Part shown: positions 58,216 to 64,000 of the stretch, piece after piece
Numbering within the stretch: position 1 is the stretch's first letter
Layout: each line of letters starts with the position of its first letter
Origin: the human T2T-CHM13v2.0 reference genome, Homo sapiens
DNA length: 64,000 nt
Reading direction: 5' to 3' (one strand)
NCBI RefSeq assembly: GCF_009914755.1
Contig: NC_060928.1
Translations under genes and position numbers: made by a program
The notes under the pieces: model-generated
What the model was told of the DNA's origin: nothing
The model's input: the letters and a program-made list of their open reading frames with translations, nothing else
Databases searched by the model: none

Positions 58216-59829
58216 AAGAGATTTTCTCATGGATATACAACTAATTGGGACAGGGAAGACTCTAGAACCCAGATCTACTAAAACCTAGAGTTTTCTCTCT
58301 ATTACTATCTTATCTAAATCTGATTTTTAAGAAATCAAAACTAACAGCAACAATGCCAGATATATTGCGCAGTAGATTTGCGGACTTTAGATTTTAAAAT
58401 ATTTACAGTTTTCAAATAAATTATTGGAAGTATTATCCCTGAGACTAGATGGATTAGTGACAGTGACCCTAAAAAGAAAGAGTTCAGGCCGCTCAGTGGG
58501 ATGTGGACTACAAAAATAAAAATACAGCATGAATCTTTTCACAGTCCAAAACATATGTTGATACAGCTGGAGATTGTTAATTTTTAAAGAAAATTGAATT
58601 GGTTTTGATTTCCAAAGAAATGAAAACACACTAAATTTCTGCTAACAACTATCTTTGGTTGTGTAATCGTAAAATGGTCTTTTTCCACATTTTAACCAGT
58701 TAACAATCCAGCTCTAATATTTATGATAATTACTGAGATGGAGGAAATTTAGTCAAAATGTCAGAAAGAACAAATAGGAGAGGACAGGTATGTAAAGGAA
58801 GTGGGAAGAAAGAGTAGAGTGGGTAATCTGGTGAAAGCTCCAACTCCCAGACTTTCAGCCAAGAAACTTTGGGAATGTTTCTGGTTGGCAGATCAGAGTC
58901 TTACACAGAGCACACTGGAATTTTATGAGGCAAATTTGGACTAGGAATGTTGATGTTCCACCTTCTCAAGTCACACAGCCAAGGCTATATACAGAGCCTG
59001 GGTTCCTGACAACTTTTTTCAGGGATGAGGATCACTAAATCAAATGAGTCACTCACATCAAAACTCCTGACACAAAGTGCTCTTCATTTGTGCCATATGT
59101 CACAGATAGAAGAAAATATCGGGATAATTCAGATAATGGCTTCTAAATATGTCAAAGCAGCAACCACCAGACACAACTCCTTACTCTGAGGTTAAACTAT
59201 GGACCTACATGGATTATAACCCCCAGGATGCTTTGATTGTTCCGCACCTTTATAAAATTGGAAATCTACATTTATAAAATCTGCATTTCTATAATTACAG
59301 ATGTACTGATATGCTATCTAGAATTTACTTCAAAATAACCCAATGGTGGGAACTGGGGTGTGGAAAGTGAGTGAGTATAAGTGAGATAAAATTGGCCGTG
59401 AGTTGATAAGTGCTGGAGCAAGGTGATAGAGACATAGAGATTCATTTTCTTATTCTTACTACTCTTGCATGTTTGAAATTTTCCACAATAACGAGTTGCA
59501 TGTGTTTTTTTTTTTCATCTTTATTATCAGATTCTCTAAAAAAATTGGAAGATCTTCCCCTTGGGAAAATCAAACTGGAAGATTATCCCCTCAATGCCAC
59601 TCTAGCATGGCACCGACAGACTGCAGCTGAGTGGCTGCTGCCCCTTTGGAGGAGGCGCATGCTCTCCCCTTCTCCAGTCTCTGCACTCCCTGTATGGCTT
59701 CACTGGACCATTTTGCTCATTTATGCTACTGACTCGATATTGGAATGCATAGGTTTGTAACCTCAAAGTTATCCATAACCCCCAAATCCCAGAGTGATAG
59801 CAATGTATCAAAAATTTTATATTTGCAGA

Positions 59830-63397
<3,568 letters not shown>

Positions 63398-63769
63398 TGA
63401 AAATTTTCAATCAATGATCGTCTATTGAGTGCCTATATGAGTTATGCATTGGAGCACTAACATAAGAAAGCATTCCTTTCCTGCTCTTAAGGCATTTCAA
63501 GAGAGGGAGAGACATATACACATATTACTGAATTTTGCAATGTAATTTTATTTCAATATGTGCAGTTTTCAGAGGTTCAGAAACACCTGCCTAAAATCAT
63601 GATTAAGAGAATCTTAAAGCTGGAAGCAGGACTCTTCTCTCAAGAAAATCATGAGGAACCAAAGCTTTCTCAAATTCCATCTTTTCTCAAGGAATATTAA
63701 AATATTTTATTCTGGCAAACTTTTTACAGATACACGTTTCATTCATTTTCAACATTATGAAAAAGAATG

Positions 63770-64000
63770 TGTGATCTGAGAGACCAGAACAGATGCCTCT
63801 TTATCAACTAAGATGGCCCACAAGGTTAAGGAAATAAAAATTATTATGGTGTCAAGGGCTCAGGGCTCAGTTGGCATGACAACTTCCTAAATTCCTACCC
63901 CTAGAAGAAAAAGCACACTCTTGCTAAATTCCATAACAACAGGAGCTATCACAGCCCTCCTGACCTTGATTTACATCCCACACCACTACAACTCTGATTG
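63770..64000 (+). mobile_element. Probable ERV1-class LTR start (runs off the window)
   Basis: TGAGAGACCAGAACAGATGCCTCTTTATCAACTAAGATGG...AAGGTTAAGGAAA resembles MER-type LTR starts. Family not resolved. Confidence 0.35.

Overview
Primate (human-like) genomic DNA, not prokaryotic. The window holds the complete six-exon coding sequence of SLC10A6 (SOAT, sodium-dependent organic anion transporter) on the minus strand. Its coding exons are 30537-30161, 14909-14791, 13365-13277, 9653-9478, 7070-6913 and 5395-5181 (1134 nt, 377 aa, all GT-AG junctions), and this copy encodes Val114. About 33 kb of upstream intergenic DNA follows. It contains two L1PA insertions (one 5.3 kb and near full length, one nested in an Alu), an Alu-interrupted RPL6 processed pseudogene and a short CCZ1 retrocopy. 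About 45 Alus, several MaLR solo LTRs and old L1M/L2/MIR relics are spread across the whole window. The most notable observations are: (1) the CCZ1 retrocopy seems to have captured an intronically polyadenylated isoform (spliced 5' exons, then an unspliced GT donor, about 130 nt of intron-like sequence, AATAAA, a poly(A) tail and a perfect TSD); (2) a chain of uORFs is linked to the SLC10A6 start by two tandem AUGA stop-start overlaps; (3) intron 3 carries a perfect 132-bp tandem duplication; (4) the SLC10A6 3'-UTR/flank has an old diverged duplicate. I found no CRISPR array, RNA gene or novel multi-gene system. Repeat subfamily calls and repeat boundaries were made by eye and are approximate.
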